Assembly (NCBI GenBank): GCA_964016885.1
Contig: OZ024740.1
Coordinates: 14,632,001-14,696,000, forward strand
Length of the DNA stretch: 64,000 nt
Direction: 5' to 3'
From: Eledone cirrhosa
Lineage: Eukaryota
This document shows, piece after piece, positions 14,801-29,047 of this stretch; positions within the stretch are counted from its first letter, which is position 1; the number at the start of each line of letters is the position of its first letter. A model generated the notes under the pieces. It saw nothing but the letters and a program-made list of their open reading frames with translations, did no database searches and was not told the origin of the DNA. The translations under genes were made by a program, and so were the position numbers.

Positions 14801-15535
14801 TGTTGTTACTGTTGTTGTTACTGTTGTTACTGTTGTTGTTACTGCTGTTGTTACTGTTGTTGTTACTGTTGTTGTTACTGTTGTTGTTACTGCTGTTACT
14901 GTTGTTGTTACTGCTGTTGTTACAGTTGTTGTTACTGTTATTGTTACTGCTGTTGTTACTGTTGTTTTTACTGTTGATGTTACTGTTGTTGTTACTGCTG
15001 TTGTTACTGTTGTTGTTACTGTTGTTGTCACTGTTGTTGTTACTGCTGTTGTTACTGTTGTTTTTACTGTTGATGTTACTGTTGTTGTTACTGTTGTTGT
15101 TACTGCTGTTGTTACTGTTGTTGTTACTGTTGTTGTTACTGTTGTTGTTACTGTTGTTGTTACTGTTGTTGTTACTGTTGTTGTTACTGCTGTTACTGTT
15201 GTTGTTACTGCTGTTGTTACAGTTGTTGTTACTGTTATTGTTACTGCTGTTGTTACTGTTGTTGTTACTGCTGTTGTTACTGTTGTTGTTACTGTTGTTG
15301 TTACAGTTGTTGTTACTGTTGTTACTGTTGTTGTTACTGTTGTTGTTACTGTTGTTGTTACTGCTGTTACTGTTGTTGTTACTGTTGTTGTTACTACTGT
15401 TGTTACTGTTATTGTAACTGCTGTTGTTACTGTTGTTGTTGCTGTTACTGTTGTTGTTGTTGTTGTTGTTACAATTGTTGTTGTTACTGTTGTTGTTGTT
15501 ACTGTTGTTGTTACTGTTGTTGTTGTTACTGTTGT
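11885..15535. repeat. Nested ~2.15-kb-offset duplication inside the 11.9-kb unit (about 11885-13380 vs about 14045-15535; repeated again at +11,896)
   Basis: ACTGGT at about 11913/14073 (offset 2160), GTGGGTTCT at 12015/14175, and CAATTG at 13324/15472 (offset 2148, i.e. one monomer lost). Confidence 0.88.
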
Positions 15536-17140
15536 TGTTACTGTTGTGGTTTCTGTTGTTGTTACTGTTGTTGTTACTGTTGTTGTTACTGTTGTTGTTA
15601 CTGTTGTTGTTACTGTTGTTGTTACTGCTGTTGTTACTGTTGTTGTTACTGCTGTTGTTACTGTTGTGGTTTCTGTTGTTGTTACTGTTGTTGTTACTGT
15701 TGTTGTTACTGTTGTTGTTACTGCTGTTGTTACTGTTGTTGTTACTGCTGTTGTTACTGCTGTTGTTACTGTTGTTGTTACTGTTGTTGTTACTGTTGTT
15801 GTTACTGTTGTTGTTACTGTTGTTGTTACTGTTGTTGTTACTGTTGTTGTTAGTGTTGTTGTTACTGCTGTTGTTACTGTTGTTGTTACTGTTGTTGTTA
15901 CTGTTGTTGTTACTGTTGTTGTTACTGATGTTGTTACTGTTGTTGTTACTGTTGTTTTTACTGTTGTTGTTACTGTTGTTACTGTTGTTGTTACTGTTGT
16001 TGTTACTGCTGTTGTTACTGTTGTTGTTACTGCTGTTGTTACTGCTGTTGTTACTGTTGTTGTTACTGTTGTTGTTACTGCTGTTGTTACTGCTGTTGTT
16101 ACTGTTGTTGTTACTGTTGTTGTTACTGTTGTTGTTACTGTTGTTGTTACTGCTGTTGTTACTGTTGTTGTTACTGTTGTTGTTACTGCTGTTGTTACTG
16201 TTGTTGTTACTGCTGTTGTTACTGTTGTTGTTACTGTTGTTGTTACTGTTGTGGTTTCTGTTGTTGTTACTGTTGTTGTTACTGTTGTTGTTACTGTTGT
16301 TGTTACTGTTGTTGTTACTGTTGTTGTTACTGTTGTTCTTACTGTTGTTGTTACTGTTGTTACTGTTGTTGTTACTGTTGTTGTTACTGCTGTTGTTACT
16401 GTTGCTGTTACTGCTGTTGTTACTGCTGTTGTTACTGTTGTTGTTACTGTTGTTGTTACTGATGTTGTTACTGTTGTTGTTACTGTTGTTGTTACTGCTG
16501 TTGTTACTGTTGTTGTTACTGTTGTTGTTACTGTTGTGGTTTCTGTTGTTGTTACTTTTGTTGTTACTGTTGTTGTTACTGTTGTTGTTACTGTTGTTGT
16601 TACTGTTGTTGTTACTGCTGTTGTTACTGCTGTTGTTACTGTTGTTGTTACTGTTGTTGTTACTGCTGGTGTTACTGCTGTTGTTACTGTTGTTGTTACT
16701 GTTGTTGTTACTGTTGTTGTTACTGCTGTTGTTACTGTTGTTGTTACTGTTGTTGTTACTGTTGTTGTTACTGCTGTTGTTACTGCTGTTGTTAATGTTG
16801 TTGTTACGGTTGTTGTCACTGTTGTTTTTACTGCTGTTATTACTGTTGTTGTTACTGTTGTTGTTACTGCTGTTGTTACTGTTGTTGTTACTGTTGTTGT
16901 TACTGTTGTTGTTACTGCTGTTGTTACTGTTGTTGTTACTGTTGTTGTTACTGCTGTTGTTACTGTTGTTGTTACTGTTGTTGTTACTGCTGTTGTTACT
17001 GTTGTTGTTACTGTTGTTGTTACTGCTGTTGTTACTGTTGTTGTTACTTTTGTTGTTACTGTTGTTGTTACTGTTGTTGTTACTGTTGTTACTGTTGTTG
17101 TTACTGTTGTTGTTACTGTTGTGGTTACTGTTGTTGTTAC

Positions 17141-20100
17141 TGTTGTTACTGCTGTTGTTACTGCTGTTGTTACTGTTGTTGTTACTGTTGTTGTTACTGT
17201 TGTTGTTACTGCTGTTGTTACTGCTGTTGTTACTGTTGTTGTTACTGTTGTTGTTACTGTTGTTGTTACTGTTGTTGTTACTGTTGTTGTTACTGCTGTT
17301 GTTACTGTTGTTGTTACTGTTGTTGTTACTGCTGTTGTTACTGTTGTTATTACTGCTGTTGTTACTGTTGTTGTTACTGTTGTTGTTACTGTTGTTACTG
17401 TTGTTGTTACTGTTGTTGTTACTGCTGTTGTTACTCTTGTTGTTACTGCTGTTGTTACTGCTGTTGTTACTGTTGTTGTTACTGTTGGTGTTACTGTTGT
17501 GGTTGCTGTTGTTGTTACTGTTGTTGTTACTGTTGTTGTTACTGTTGTTGTTACTGTTGTTGTTACTGTTATTCTTACTGTTGTTGTTACTGTTGTTGTT
17601 ACTGTTGTTACTGTTGTTATTACTGTTGTTGTTACTGCTGTTGTTACTGTTGTTGTTACTGCTGTTGTTACTGCTGTTGTTACTGTTGTTGTTACTGTTG
17701 TGGGTTCTGTTGTTGTTACTGTTGTTGTTACTGTTGTTGTTACTGTTGTTGTTACTGTTGTTGTTACTGTTGTTGTTACTGTTGTTACTGTTGTTGTTAC
17801 TGCTGTTGTTACTGTTGTTGTTACTGTTGTTGTTACTGTTGTTGTTACTGCTGTTACTGTTGTTGTAACTGCTGTTGTTACAGTTGTTGTTACTGTTATT
17901 GTTACTGCTGTTGTTACTGCTGTTGTTACTCTTGTTGTTACTGCTGTTGTTACTGCTGTTGTTACTGTTGTTGTTACTGTTGTTGTTACTGTTGTGGGTT
18001 CTGTTGTTGTTACTGTTGTTGTTACTGTTGTTGTTACTGTTGTTGTTACTGTTGTTGTTACTGTTGTTGTTACTGTTGTTGTTACTGTTGTTCTTACTGT
18101 TGTTGTTACTGTTGTTGTTACTGCTGTTGTTACTGTTGTTGTTACTGTTGTTGTTACTGTTGTGGTTTCTGTTGTTGTTACTGTTGTTGTTACTGTTGTT
18201 GTTACTGTTGTTGTTACTGTTGTTGTTACTGTTGTTGTTACTGCTGTTGTTACTGCTGTTGTTACTGCTGTTGTTACTGTTGTTGTTACTGCTGTTGTTA
18301 CTGCTGTTGTTACTGTTGTTGATACTGTTGTTGTTACTATTGTTGTTACTGCTGTTGTTACTGTTGTTGTTACTGTTGTTGTTACTGCTGTTGTTACTGT
18401 TGTTGTTACTGTTGTTGTTACTGCTGTTGTTACTGCTGTTGTTACTGTTGTTGTTACTGTTGTTGTTACTGCTGTTGTACTGCTGTTGTTACTGTTGTTG
18501 TTACGGTTGTTGTCACTGTTGTTGTTACTGCTGTTGTTACTGTTGTTGTTACTGTTGTTGTTACTGCTGTTGTTACTGTCGTTGTCACTGTCGTTGTTAC
18601 TGTTGTTGTTACTGCTGTTGTTACTGTTGTTGTTACTGTTGTTGTTACTGCTGTTGTTACTGTTGTTGTTATTGTTGTTGTTACTGCTGTTGTTACTGTT
18701 GTTGTTACTGTTGTTGTTACTGCTGTTGTTACTGTTGTTGTTACTGTTGTTGTTACTGTTGTTGTTACTGTTGTTACTGTTGTTGTTACTGTTGTTGTTA
18801 CTGTTGTGGTTACTGTTGTTGTTACTGTTGTTACTGTTGTTGTTACTGTTGTTGTTATTGCTGTTGTTACTGTTGTTACTGTTGTTGTTACTGTTGTTGT
18901 TACTGTTGTTGTCACTGTTGTTGTTACTGCTGTTGTTACTGTTGATTTTACTGTTGTTGTTACTGTTGTTGTTACTGTTGTTGTTACTGCTGTTGTTACT
19001 GTTGTTGTTACTGTTGTTGTTACTGTTGTTGTTACTGTTGTTGTTACTGTTGTTGTTACTGTTGTTACTGTTGTTGTTACTGCTGTTGTTACTGTTGTTG
19101 TTACTGTTGTTGTTACTGTTGTTGTTACTGCTGTTACTGTTGTTGTTACTGCTGTTGTTACAGTTGTTGTTACTGTTATTGTTACTGCTGTTGTTACTGT
19201 TGTTGTTACTGCTGTTGTTACTGTTGTTGTTACTGTTGTTGTTACTGTTGTTGTTACTGTTGTTACTGTTGTTGTTACTGTTGTTGTTACTGTTGTTGTT
19301 ACTGCTGTTACTGTTGTTGTTAATGTTGTTGTTACTACTGTTGTTACTGTTATTGTAACTGCTGTTGTTACTGTTGTTGTTGCTGTTACTGTTGTTGTTG
19401 TTGTTGTTGTTACTATTGTTGTTGTTACTGTTGTTGTTGTTACTGTTGTTGTTACTGTTGTTGTTGTTACTGTTGTTGTTACTGCTGTTGTTACTGTTGT
19501 TGTTACTGTTGTTATTACTGCTGTTGTTACCGTTGTTACTGTTGTTGTTACTGTTGTTGTTACTGTTGTTGTTACTGCTGTTGTTACTGTTGTTACTGTT
19601 GTTGTTACTGTTGTTGTTACTGTTGTTGTTACTGCTGTTACTGTTGTTGTTACTGTTGTTGTTACTGCTGTTGTTACTGTTGTTGTTACTGCTGTTACTG
19701 TTGTTGTTACTGTTGTTACTGCTGTTGTTACTGTTGTTGTTACTGTTGTTGTTACTGTTGTGGTTTCTGTTGTTGTTACTGTTGTTGTTACTGTTGTTGT
19801 TACTGTTGTTGTTACTGTTGTTGTTACTGTTGTTGTTACTGCTGTTGTTACTGTTGTTGTTACTGCTGTTGTTACTGTTGTGGTTTCTGTTGTTGTTACT
19901 GTTGTTGTTACTGTTGTTGTTACTGTTGTTGTTACTGCTGTTGTTACTGCTGTTGTTACTGTTGTTGTTACTGTTGTTGTTACTGTTGTTACTGTTGTTG
20001 TTACTGTTGTTGTTACTGCTGTTGTTACTGTTGTTGTTACTGCTGTTGTTACTGCTGTTGTTACTGTTGTTGTTACTGTTGTTGTTACTGCTGTTGTTAC

Positions 20101-23100
20101 TGCTGTTGTTACTGTTGTTGTTACTGTTGTTGTTACTGCTGTTGTTACTGCTGTTGTTACTGTTGTTGTTACTGTTATTGTTACTGTTGTTGTTACTGTT
20201 GTTGTTACTGTTGTTGTTACTGCTGTTGTTACTGTTGTTGTTACTGTTGTTGTTACTGCTGTTGTTACTGTTGTTGTTACTGCTGTTGTTACTGTTGTTG
20301 TTACTGTTGTTGTTACTGTTGTTACTGTTGTTGTTACTGTTGTTGTTACTGCTGTTGTTACTCTTGTTGTTACTGTTGTTGTTACTGTAGTGGTTGCTGT
20401 TGTTGTTACTGTTGTTGTTACTGTTGTTGTTACTGTTGTTGTTACTGTTGTTGTTACTGTTATTCTTACTGTTGTTGTTACTGTTGTTGTTACTGCTGTT
20501 ACTGTTGTTGTTACTGTTGTTGTTACTGCTGTTGTTACTGTTGTTGTTACTGCTGTTGTTACTGCTGTTGTTACTGTTGTTGTTACTGTTGTTGTTACTG
20601 TTGTGGGTTCTGTTGTTGTTACTGTTGTTGTTACTGTTGTTGTTACTGTTGTTGTTACTGTTGTTGTTACTGTTGTTCTTACTGTTGTTGTTACTGTTGT
20701 TGTTACTGCTGTTGTTACTGTTGTTGTTACTGTTGTTGTTACTGTTGTTGTTACTGCTGTTGTTACTGTTGTTGTTACTGTTGTTGTTACTGCTGTTGTT
20801 ACTGTTGTTGTTACTGTTGTTGTTACTGCTGTTGTTACTGTTGTTGTTACTGTTGTTGTTACTGCTGTTGTTACTGTTGTTGTTACTGTTGTTGTTACTG
20901 TTGTTGTTACTGTTGTTACTGTTGTTGTTACTGTTGTTGTTACTGTTGTTGTTACTGTTGTTGTTACTGTTGTTACTGTTGTTGTTACTGTTGTTGTTAT
21001 TGCTGTTGTTAATGTTGTTACTGTTGTTGTTACTGTTGTTGTTACTGTTGTTGTCACTGTTGTTGTTACTGCTGTTGTTACTGTTGTTTTTACTGTTGTT
21101 GTTACTGTTGTTGTTACTGTTGTTGTTACTGCTGTTGTTACTGTTGTTGTTACTGTTGTTGTTACTGTTGTTGTTACTGTTGTTGTTACTGTTGTTGTTA
21201 CTGTTGTTACTGTTGTTGTTACTGCTGTTGTTACTGTTGTTGTTACTGTTGTTGTTACTATGTTGTTGTTACTGCTGTTACTGTTGTTGTTACTGCTGTT
21301 GTTACAGTTGTTGTTACTGTTATTGTTACTGCTGTTGTTACTGTTGTTTTTACTGTTGATGTAACTGTTGTTGTTACTGCTGTTGTTACTGTTGTTGTTA
21401 CTGTTGTTGTCACTGTTGTTGTTACTGCTGTTGTTACTGTTGTTTTTACTGTTGATGTTACTGTTGTTGTTACTGTTGTTGTTACTGCTGTTGTTACTGT
21501 TGTTGTTACTGTTGTTGTTACTGTTGTTGTTACTGTTGTTGTTACTGTTGTTACTGTTGTTGTTACTGCTGTTGTTACTGTTGTTGTTACTGTTGTTGTT
21601 ACTGTTGTTGTTACTGCTGTTACTGTTGTTGTTACTGCTGTTTTTACAGTTGTTGTTACTGTTATTGTTACTGCTGTTGTTACTGTTGTTGTTACTACTG
21701 TTGTTACTGTTGTTGTTACTGTTGTTGTTACTGTTGTTGTTACTGTTGTTACTGTTGTTGTTACTGTTGTTGTTACTGTTGTTGTTACTGTTGTTGTTAC
21801 TACTGTTGTTACTGTTATTGTAACTGCTGTTGTTACTGTTGTTGTTGCTGTTACTGTTGTTGTTGTTGTTGTTGTTACTATTGTTGTTGTTACTGTTGTT
21901 GTTGTTACTGTTGTTGTTACTGTTGTTGTTGTTACTGTTGTTGTTACTGCTGTTGTTACTGTTGTTGTTACTGTTGTTATTACTGCTGTTGTTACCGTTG
22001 TTACTGTTGTTGTTACTGTTGTTGTTACTGTTGTTGTTACTGCTGTTGTTACTGTTGTTACTGTTGTTGTTACTGTTGTTGTTACTGTTGTTGTTACTGT
22101 TGTTGTTACTGTTGTTGTTACTGCTGTTACTGTTGTTGTTACTGTTGTTGTTACTGCTGTTGTTACTGTTGTTGTTACTGCTGTTACTGTTGTTGTTACT
22201 GTTGTTGTTACTGCTGTTGTTACTGTTGTTGTTACTGTTGTTGTTACTGTTGTGGTTTCTGTTGTTGTTACTGTTGTTGTTACTGTTGTTGTTACTGTTG
22301 TTGTTACTGTTGTTGTTACTGTTGTTGTTACTGCTGTTGTTACTGTTGTTGTTACTGCTGTTGTTACTGTTGTGGTTTCTGTTGTTGTTACTGTTGTTGT
22401 TACTGCTGTTGTTACTGTTGTTGTTACTGTTGTTGTTACTGTTGTTGTAAATGTTGTTCTTACTGTTGTTGTTACTGCTGTTGTTACTGTTGTTGTTACT
22501 GTTGTTGTTACTGTTGTTGTTACTGTTGTTGTTACTGTTGTTGTTACTGTTGTTGTTACTGTTGTTGTTACTGTTGTTGTTACTGTTGTTGTTACTGTTG
22601 TTGTTACTGTTGTTGTTACTGTTGTTGTTACTGTTGTTGTTACTGCTGTTGTTACTGTTGTTGTTACTGTTGTTGTTACTGTTGTTGTTACTGTTGTTGT
22701 TACTGCTGTTGTTACTGTTGTTGTTACTGTTGTTGTTGTTACTGTTGTTGTTACTGCTGTTGTTACTGTTGTTGTTACTGTTGTTATTACTGCTGTTGTT
22801 ACCGTTGTTACTGTTGTTGTTACTGTTGTTGTTACTGTTGTTGTTACTGCTGTTGTTACTGTTGTTACTGTTGTTGTTACTGTTGTTGTTACTGTTGTTG
22901 TTACTGCTGTTACTGTTGTTGTTACTGTTGTTGTCACTGCTGTTGTTACTGTTGTTGTTACTGCTGTTACTGTTGTTGTTACTGTTGTTACTGCTGTTGT
23001 TACTGTTGTTGTTACTGTTGTTGTTACTGTTGTGGTTTCTGTTGTTGTTACTGTTGTTGTTACTGTTGTTGTTACTGTTGTTGTTACTGTTGTTGTTACT

Positions 23101-26100
23101 GTTGTTGTTACTGCTGTTGTTACTGTTGTTGTTACTGCTGTTGTTACTGTTGTGGTTTCTGTTGTTGTTACTGTTGTTGTTACTGTTGTTGTTACTGTTG
23201 TTGTTACTGCTGTTGTTACTGTTGTTGTTACTGCTGTTGTTACTGCTGTTGTTACTGTTGTTGTTACTGTTGTTGTTACTGTTGTTACTGTTGTTGTTAC
23301 TGTTGTTGTTACTGCTGTTGTTACTGTTGTTGTTACTGCTGTTGTTACTGCTGTTGTTACTGTTGTTGTTACTGTTGTTGTTACTGCTGTTGTTACTGCT
23401 GTTGTTACTGTTGTTGTTACTGTTGTTGTTACTGTTGTTGTTACTGCTGTTGTTACTGCTGTTGTTACTGTTGTTGTTACTGTTATTGTTACTGTTGTTG
23501 TTACTGTTGTTGTTACTGTTGTTGTTACTGCTGTTGTTACTGTTGTTGTTACTGTTGTTGTTACTGCTGTTGTTACTGTTGTTGTTACTGCTGTTGTTAC
23601 TGTTGTTGTTACTGTTGTTGTTACTGTTGTTACTGTTGTTGTTACTGTTGTTGTTACTGCTGTTGTTACTCTTGTTGTTACTGTTGTTGTTACTGTTGTG
23701 GTTGCTGTTGTTGTTACTGTTGTTGTTACTGTTGTTGTTACTGTTGTTGTTACTGTTGTTGTTACTGTTATTCTTACTGTTGTTGTTACTGTTGTTGTTA
23801 CTGTTGTTACTGGTGTTGTTACTGTTGTTGTTACTGCTGTTGTTACTGTTGTTGTTACTGCTGTTGTTACTGCTGTTGTTACTGTTGTTGTTACTGTTGT
23901 TGTTACTGTTGTGGGTTCTGTTGTTGTTACTGTTGTTGTTACTGTTGTTGTTACTGTTGTTGTTACTGTTGTTGTTACTGTTGTTCTTACTGTTGTTGTT
24001 ACTGTTGTTGTTACTGTTGTTGTTACTGTTGTTGTTACTGTTGTTGTTACTGTTGTTCTTACTGTTGTTGTTACTGTTGTTGTTACTGTTGTTGTTACTG
24101 TTGTTGTTACTGCTGTTGTTACTGTTGTTGTTACTGTTGTTGTTACTGCTGTTGTTACTGTTGTTGTTACTGTTGTTGTTACTGCTGTTGTTACTGTTGT
24201 TGTTACTGTTGTTGTTACTGCTGTTGTTACTGTTGTTGTTACTGTTGTTGTTACTGTTGTTGTTACTGTTGTTACTGTTGTTGTTACTGTTGTTGTTACT
24301 GTTGTTGTTACTGTTGTTGTTACTGTTGTTACTGTTGTTGTTACTGTTGTTGTTATTGCTGTTGTTAATGTTGTTACTGTTGTTGTTACTGTTGTTGTTA
24401 CTGTTGTTGTTACTGTTGTTGTCACTGTTGTTGTTACTGCTGTTGTTACTGTTGTTTTTACTGTTGTTGTTACTGTTGTTGTTACTGTTGTTGTTACTGC
24501 TGTTGTTACTGTTGTTGTTACTGTTGTTGTTACTGTTGTTGTTACTGTTGTTGTTACTGTTGTTGTTACTGTTGTTACTGTTGTTGTTACTGCTGTTGTT
24601 ACTGTTGTTGTTACTGTTGTTGTTACTGTTGTTGTTACTGCTGTTACTGTTGTTGTTACTGCTGTTGTTACAGTTGTTGTTACTGTTATTGTTACTGCTG
24701 TTGTTACTGTTGTTTTTACTGTTGATGTTACTGTTGTTGTTACTGCTGTTGTTACTGTTGTTGTTACTGTTGTTGTCACTGTTGTTGTTACTGCTGTTGT
24801 TACTGTTGTTTTTACTGTTGATGTTACTGTTGTTGTTACTGTTGTTGTTACTGCTGTTGTTACTGTTGTTGTTACTGTTGTTGTTACTGTTGTTGTTACT
24901 GTTGTTGTTACTGTTGTTGTTACTGTTGTTGTTACTGCTGTTACTGTTGTTGTTACTGCTGTTGTTACAGTTGTTGTTACTGTTATTGTTACTGCTGTTG
25001 TTACTGTTGTTGTTACTGCTGTTGTTACTGTTGTTGTTACTGTTGTTGTTACTGTTGTTGTTACTGTTGTTACTGTTGTTGTTACTGTTGTTGTTACTGT
25101 TGTTGTTACTGCTGTTACTGTTGTTGTTACTGTTGTTGTTACTACTGTTGTTACTGTTATTGTAAATGCTGTTGTTACTGTTGTTGTTGCTGTTACTGTT
25201 GTTGTTGTTGTTGTTGTTACAATTGTTGTTGTTACTGTTGTTGTTGTTACTGTTGTTGTTACTGTTGTTGTTGTTACTGTTGTTGTTACTGCTGTTGTTA
25301 CTGTTGTTGTTACTGTTGTTATTACTGCTGTTGTTACCGTTGTTACTGTTGTTGTTACTGTTGTTGTTACTGTTGTTGTTACTGCTGTTGTTACTGTTGT
25401 TACTGTTGTTGTTACTGTTGTTGTTACTGTTGTTGTTACTGTTGTTGTTACTGTTGTTGTTACTGCTGTTACTGTTGTTGTTACTGTTGTTGTTACTGCT
25501 GTTGTTACTGTTGTTGTTACTGTTGTTACTGTTGTTGTTACTGTTGTTGTTACTGCTGTTGTTACTGTTGTTGTTACTGTTGTTGTTACTGTTGTGGTTT
25601 CTGTTGTTGTTACTGTTGTTGTTACTGTTGTTGTTACTGTTGTTGTTACTGTTGTTGTTACTGTTGTTGTTACTGCTGTTGTTACTGTTGTTGTTACTGC
25701 TGTTGTTACTGTTGTGGTTTCTGTTGTTGTTACTGTTGTTGTTACTGTTGTTGTTACTGTTGTTGTTACTGCTGTTGTTACTGTTGTTGTTACTGCTGTT
25801 GTTACTGCTGTTGTTACTGTTGTTGTTACTGTTGTTGTTACTGCTGTTGTAAATGTTGTTCTTACTGTTGTTGTTACTGCTGTTGTTACTGTTGTTGTTA
25901 CTGTTGTTGTTACTGTTGTTGTTACTGTTGTTGTTACTGTTGTTGTTACTGTTGTTGTTACTGTTGTTACTGGTGTTGTTACTGTTGTTGTTACTGCTGT
26001 TGTTACTGTTGTTGTTACTGCTGTTGTTACTGCTGTTGTTACTGTTGTTGTTACTGTTGTTGTTACTGTTGTGGGTTCTGTTGTTGTTACTGTTGTTGTT

Positions 26101-29047
26101 ACTGTTGTTGTTACTGTTGTTGTTACTGTTGTTGTTACTGTTGTTCTTACTGTTGTTGTTACTGTTGTTGTTACTGTTGTTGTTACTGTTGTTGTTACTG
26201 TTGTTGTTACTGTTGTTCTTACTGTTGTTGTTACTGTTGTTGTTACTGTTGTTGTTACTGTTGTTGTTACTGCTGTTGTTACTGTTGTTGTTACTGCTGT
26301 TGTTACTGTTGTTGTTACTGTTGTTGTTACTGCTGTTGTTACTGTTGTTGTTACTGTTGTTGTTACTGCTGTTGTTACTGTTGTTGTTACTGTTGTTGTT
26401 ACTGTTGTTGTTACTGTTGTTACTGTTGTTGTTACTGTTGTTGTTACTGTTGTTGTTACTGTTGTTGTTACTGTTGTTACTGTTGTTGTTACTGTTGTTG
26501 TTATTGCTGTTGTTAATGTTGTTACTGTTGTTGTTACTGTTGTTGTTACTGTTGTTGTTACTGTTGTTGTCACTGTTGTTGTTACTGCTGTTGTTACTGT
26601 TGTTTTTACTGTTGTTGTTACTGTTGTTGTTACTGTTGTTGTTACTGCTGTTGTTACTGTTGTTGTTACTGTTGTTGTTACTGTTGTTGTTACTGTTGTT
26701 GTTACTGTTGTTGTTACTGTTGTTACTGTTGTTGTTACTGCTGTTGTTACTGTTGTTGTTACTGTTGTTGTTACTGTTGTTGTTACTGCTGTTACTGTTG
26801 TTGTTACTGCTGTTGTTACAGTTGTTGTTACTGTTATTGTTACTGCTGTTGTTACTGTTGTTTTTACTGTTGATGTTACTGTTGTTGTTACTGCTGTTGT
26901 TACTGTTGTTGTTACTGTTGTTGTCACTGTTGTTGTTACTGCTGTTGTTACTGTTGTTTTTACTGTTGATGTTACTGTTGTTGTTACTGTTGTTGTTACT
27001 GCTGTTGTTACTGTTGTTGTTACTGTTGTTGTTACTGTTGTTGTTACTGTTGTTGTTACTGTTGTTGTTACTGTTGTTGTTACTGCTGTTACTGTTGTTG
27101 TTACTGCTGTTGTTACAGTTGTTGTTACTGTTATTGTTACTGCTGTTGTTACTGTTGTTGTTACTGCTGTTGTTACTGTTGTTGTTACTGTTGTTGTTAC
27201 AGTTGTTGTTACTGTTGTTACTGTTGTTGTTACTGTTGTTGTTACTGTTGTTGTTACTGCTGTTACTGTTGTTGTTACTGTTGTTGTTACTACTGTTGTT
27301 ACTGTTATTGTAACTGCTGTTGTTACTGTTGTTGTTGCTGTTACTGTTGTTGTTGTTGTTGTTGTTACAATTGTTGTTGTTACTGTTGTTGTTGTTACTG
27401 TTGTTGTTACTGTTGTTGTTGTTACTGTTGTTGTTACTGTTGTGGTTTCTGTTGTTGTTACTGTTGTTGTTACTGTTGTTGTTACTGTTGTTGTTACTGT
27501 TGTTGTTACTGTTGTTGTTACTGCTGTTGTTACTGTTGTTGTTACTGCTGTTGTTACTGTTGTGGTTTCTGTTGTTGTTACTGTTGTTGTTACTGTTGTT
27601 GTTACTGTTGTTGTTACTGCTGTTGTTACTGTTGTTGTTACTGCTGTTGTTACTGCTGTTGTTACTGTTGTTGTTACTGTTGTTGTTACTGTTGTTGTTA
27701 CTGTTGTTGTTACTGTTGTTGTTACTGTTGTTGTTACTGTTGTTGTTAGTGTTGTTGTTACTGCTGTTGTTACTGTTGTTGTTACTGTTGTTGTTACTGT
27801 TGTTGTTACTGTTGTTGTTACTGATGTTGTTACTGTTGTTGTTACTGTTGTTTTTACTGTTGTTGTTACTGTTGTTACTGTTGTTGTTACTGTTGTTGTT
27901 ACTGCTGTTGTTACTGTTGTTGTTACTGCTGTTGTTACTGCTGTTGTTACTGTTGTTGTTACTGTTGTTGTTACTGCTGTTGTTACTGCTGTTGTTACTG
28001 TTGTTGTTACTGTTGTTGTTACTGTTGTTGTTACTGTTGTTGTTACTGCTGTTGTTACTGTTGTTGTTACTGTTGTTGTTACTGCTGTTGTTACTGTTGT
28101 TGTTACTGCTGTTGTTACTGTTGTTGTTACTGTTGTTGTTACTGTTGTGGTTTCTGTTGTTGTTACTGTTGTTGTTACTGTTGTTGTTACTGTTGTTGTT
28201 ACTGTTGTTGTTACTGTTGTTGTTACTGTTGTTCTTACTGTTGTTGTTACTGTTGTTACTGTTGTTGTTACTGTTGTTGTTACTGCTGTTGTTACTGTTG
28301 CTGTTACTGCTGTTGTTACTGCTGTTGTTACTGTTGTTGTTACTGTTGTTGTTACTGATGTTGTTACTGTTGTTGTTACTGTTGTTGTTACTGCTGTTGT
28401 TACTGTTGTTGTTACTGTTGTTGTTACTGTTGTGGTTTCTGTTGTTGTTACTTTTGTTGTTACTGTTGTTGTTACTGTTGTTGTTACTGTTGTTGTTACT
28501 GTTGTTGTTACTGCTGTTGTTACTGCTGTTGTTACTGTTGTTGTTACTGTTGTTGTTACTGCTGGTGTTACTGCTGTTGTTACTGTTGTTGTTACTGTTG
28601 TTGTTACTGTTGTTGTTACTGCTGTTGTTACTGTTGTTGTTACTGTTGTTGTTACTGTTGTTGTTACTGCTGTTGTTACTGCTGTTGTTAATGTTGTTGT
28701 TACGGTTGTTGTCACTGTTGTTTTTACTGCTGTTATTACTGTTGTTGTTACTGTTGTTGTTACTGCTGTTGTTACTGTTGTTGTTACTGTTGTTGTTACT
28801 GTTGTTGTTACTGCTGTTGTTACTGTTGTTGTTACTGTTGTTGTTACTGCTGTTGTTACTGTTGTTGTTACTGTTGTTGTTACTGCTGTTGTTACTGTTG
28901 TTGTTACTGTTGTTGTTACTGCTGTTGTTACTGTTGTTGTTACTTTTGTTGTTACTGTTGTTGTTACTGTTGTTGTTACTGTTGTTACTGTTGTTGTTAC
29001 TGTTGTTGTTACTGTTGTGGTTACTGTTGTTGTTACTGTTGTTACTG
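17141..29047. repeat. Higher-order repeat, 11,896-bp tandem duplication, copy 2
   Basis: The markers match copy 1. The match ends where 17152 is C but 29048 is T. The breakpoint is ambiguous by about one monomer. Confidence 0.95.

Larger units (their letters stand above)
5245..17151. repeat. Higher-order repeat, 11,896-bp tandem duplication, copy 1
   Basis: Rare variants recur at exactly +11,896: GTAC deletion 6581/18477, ACTATG insertion 9361/21257, CAATTG 13324/25220 and 15472/27368. ORF-track entries are duplicated at the same offset (5979/17875, 6570/18466, 9472/21368, 13957/25853). Confidence 0.95.
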
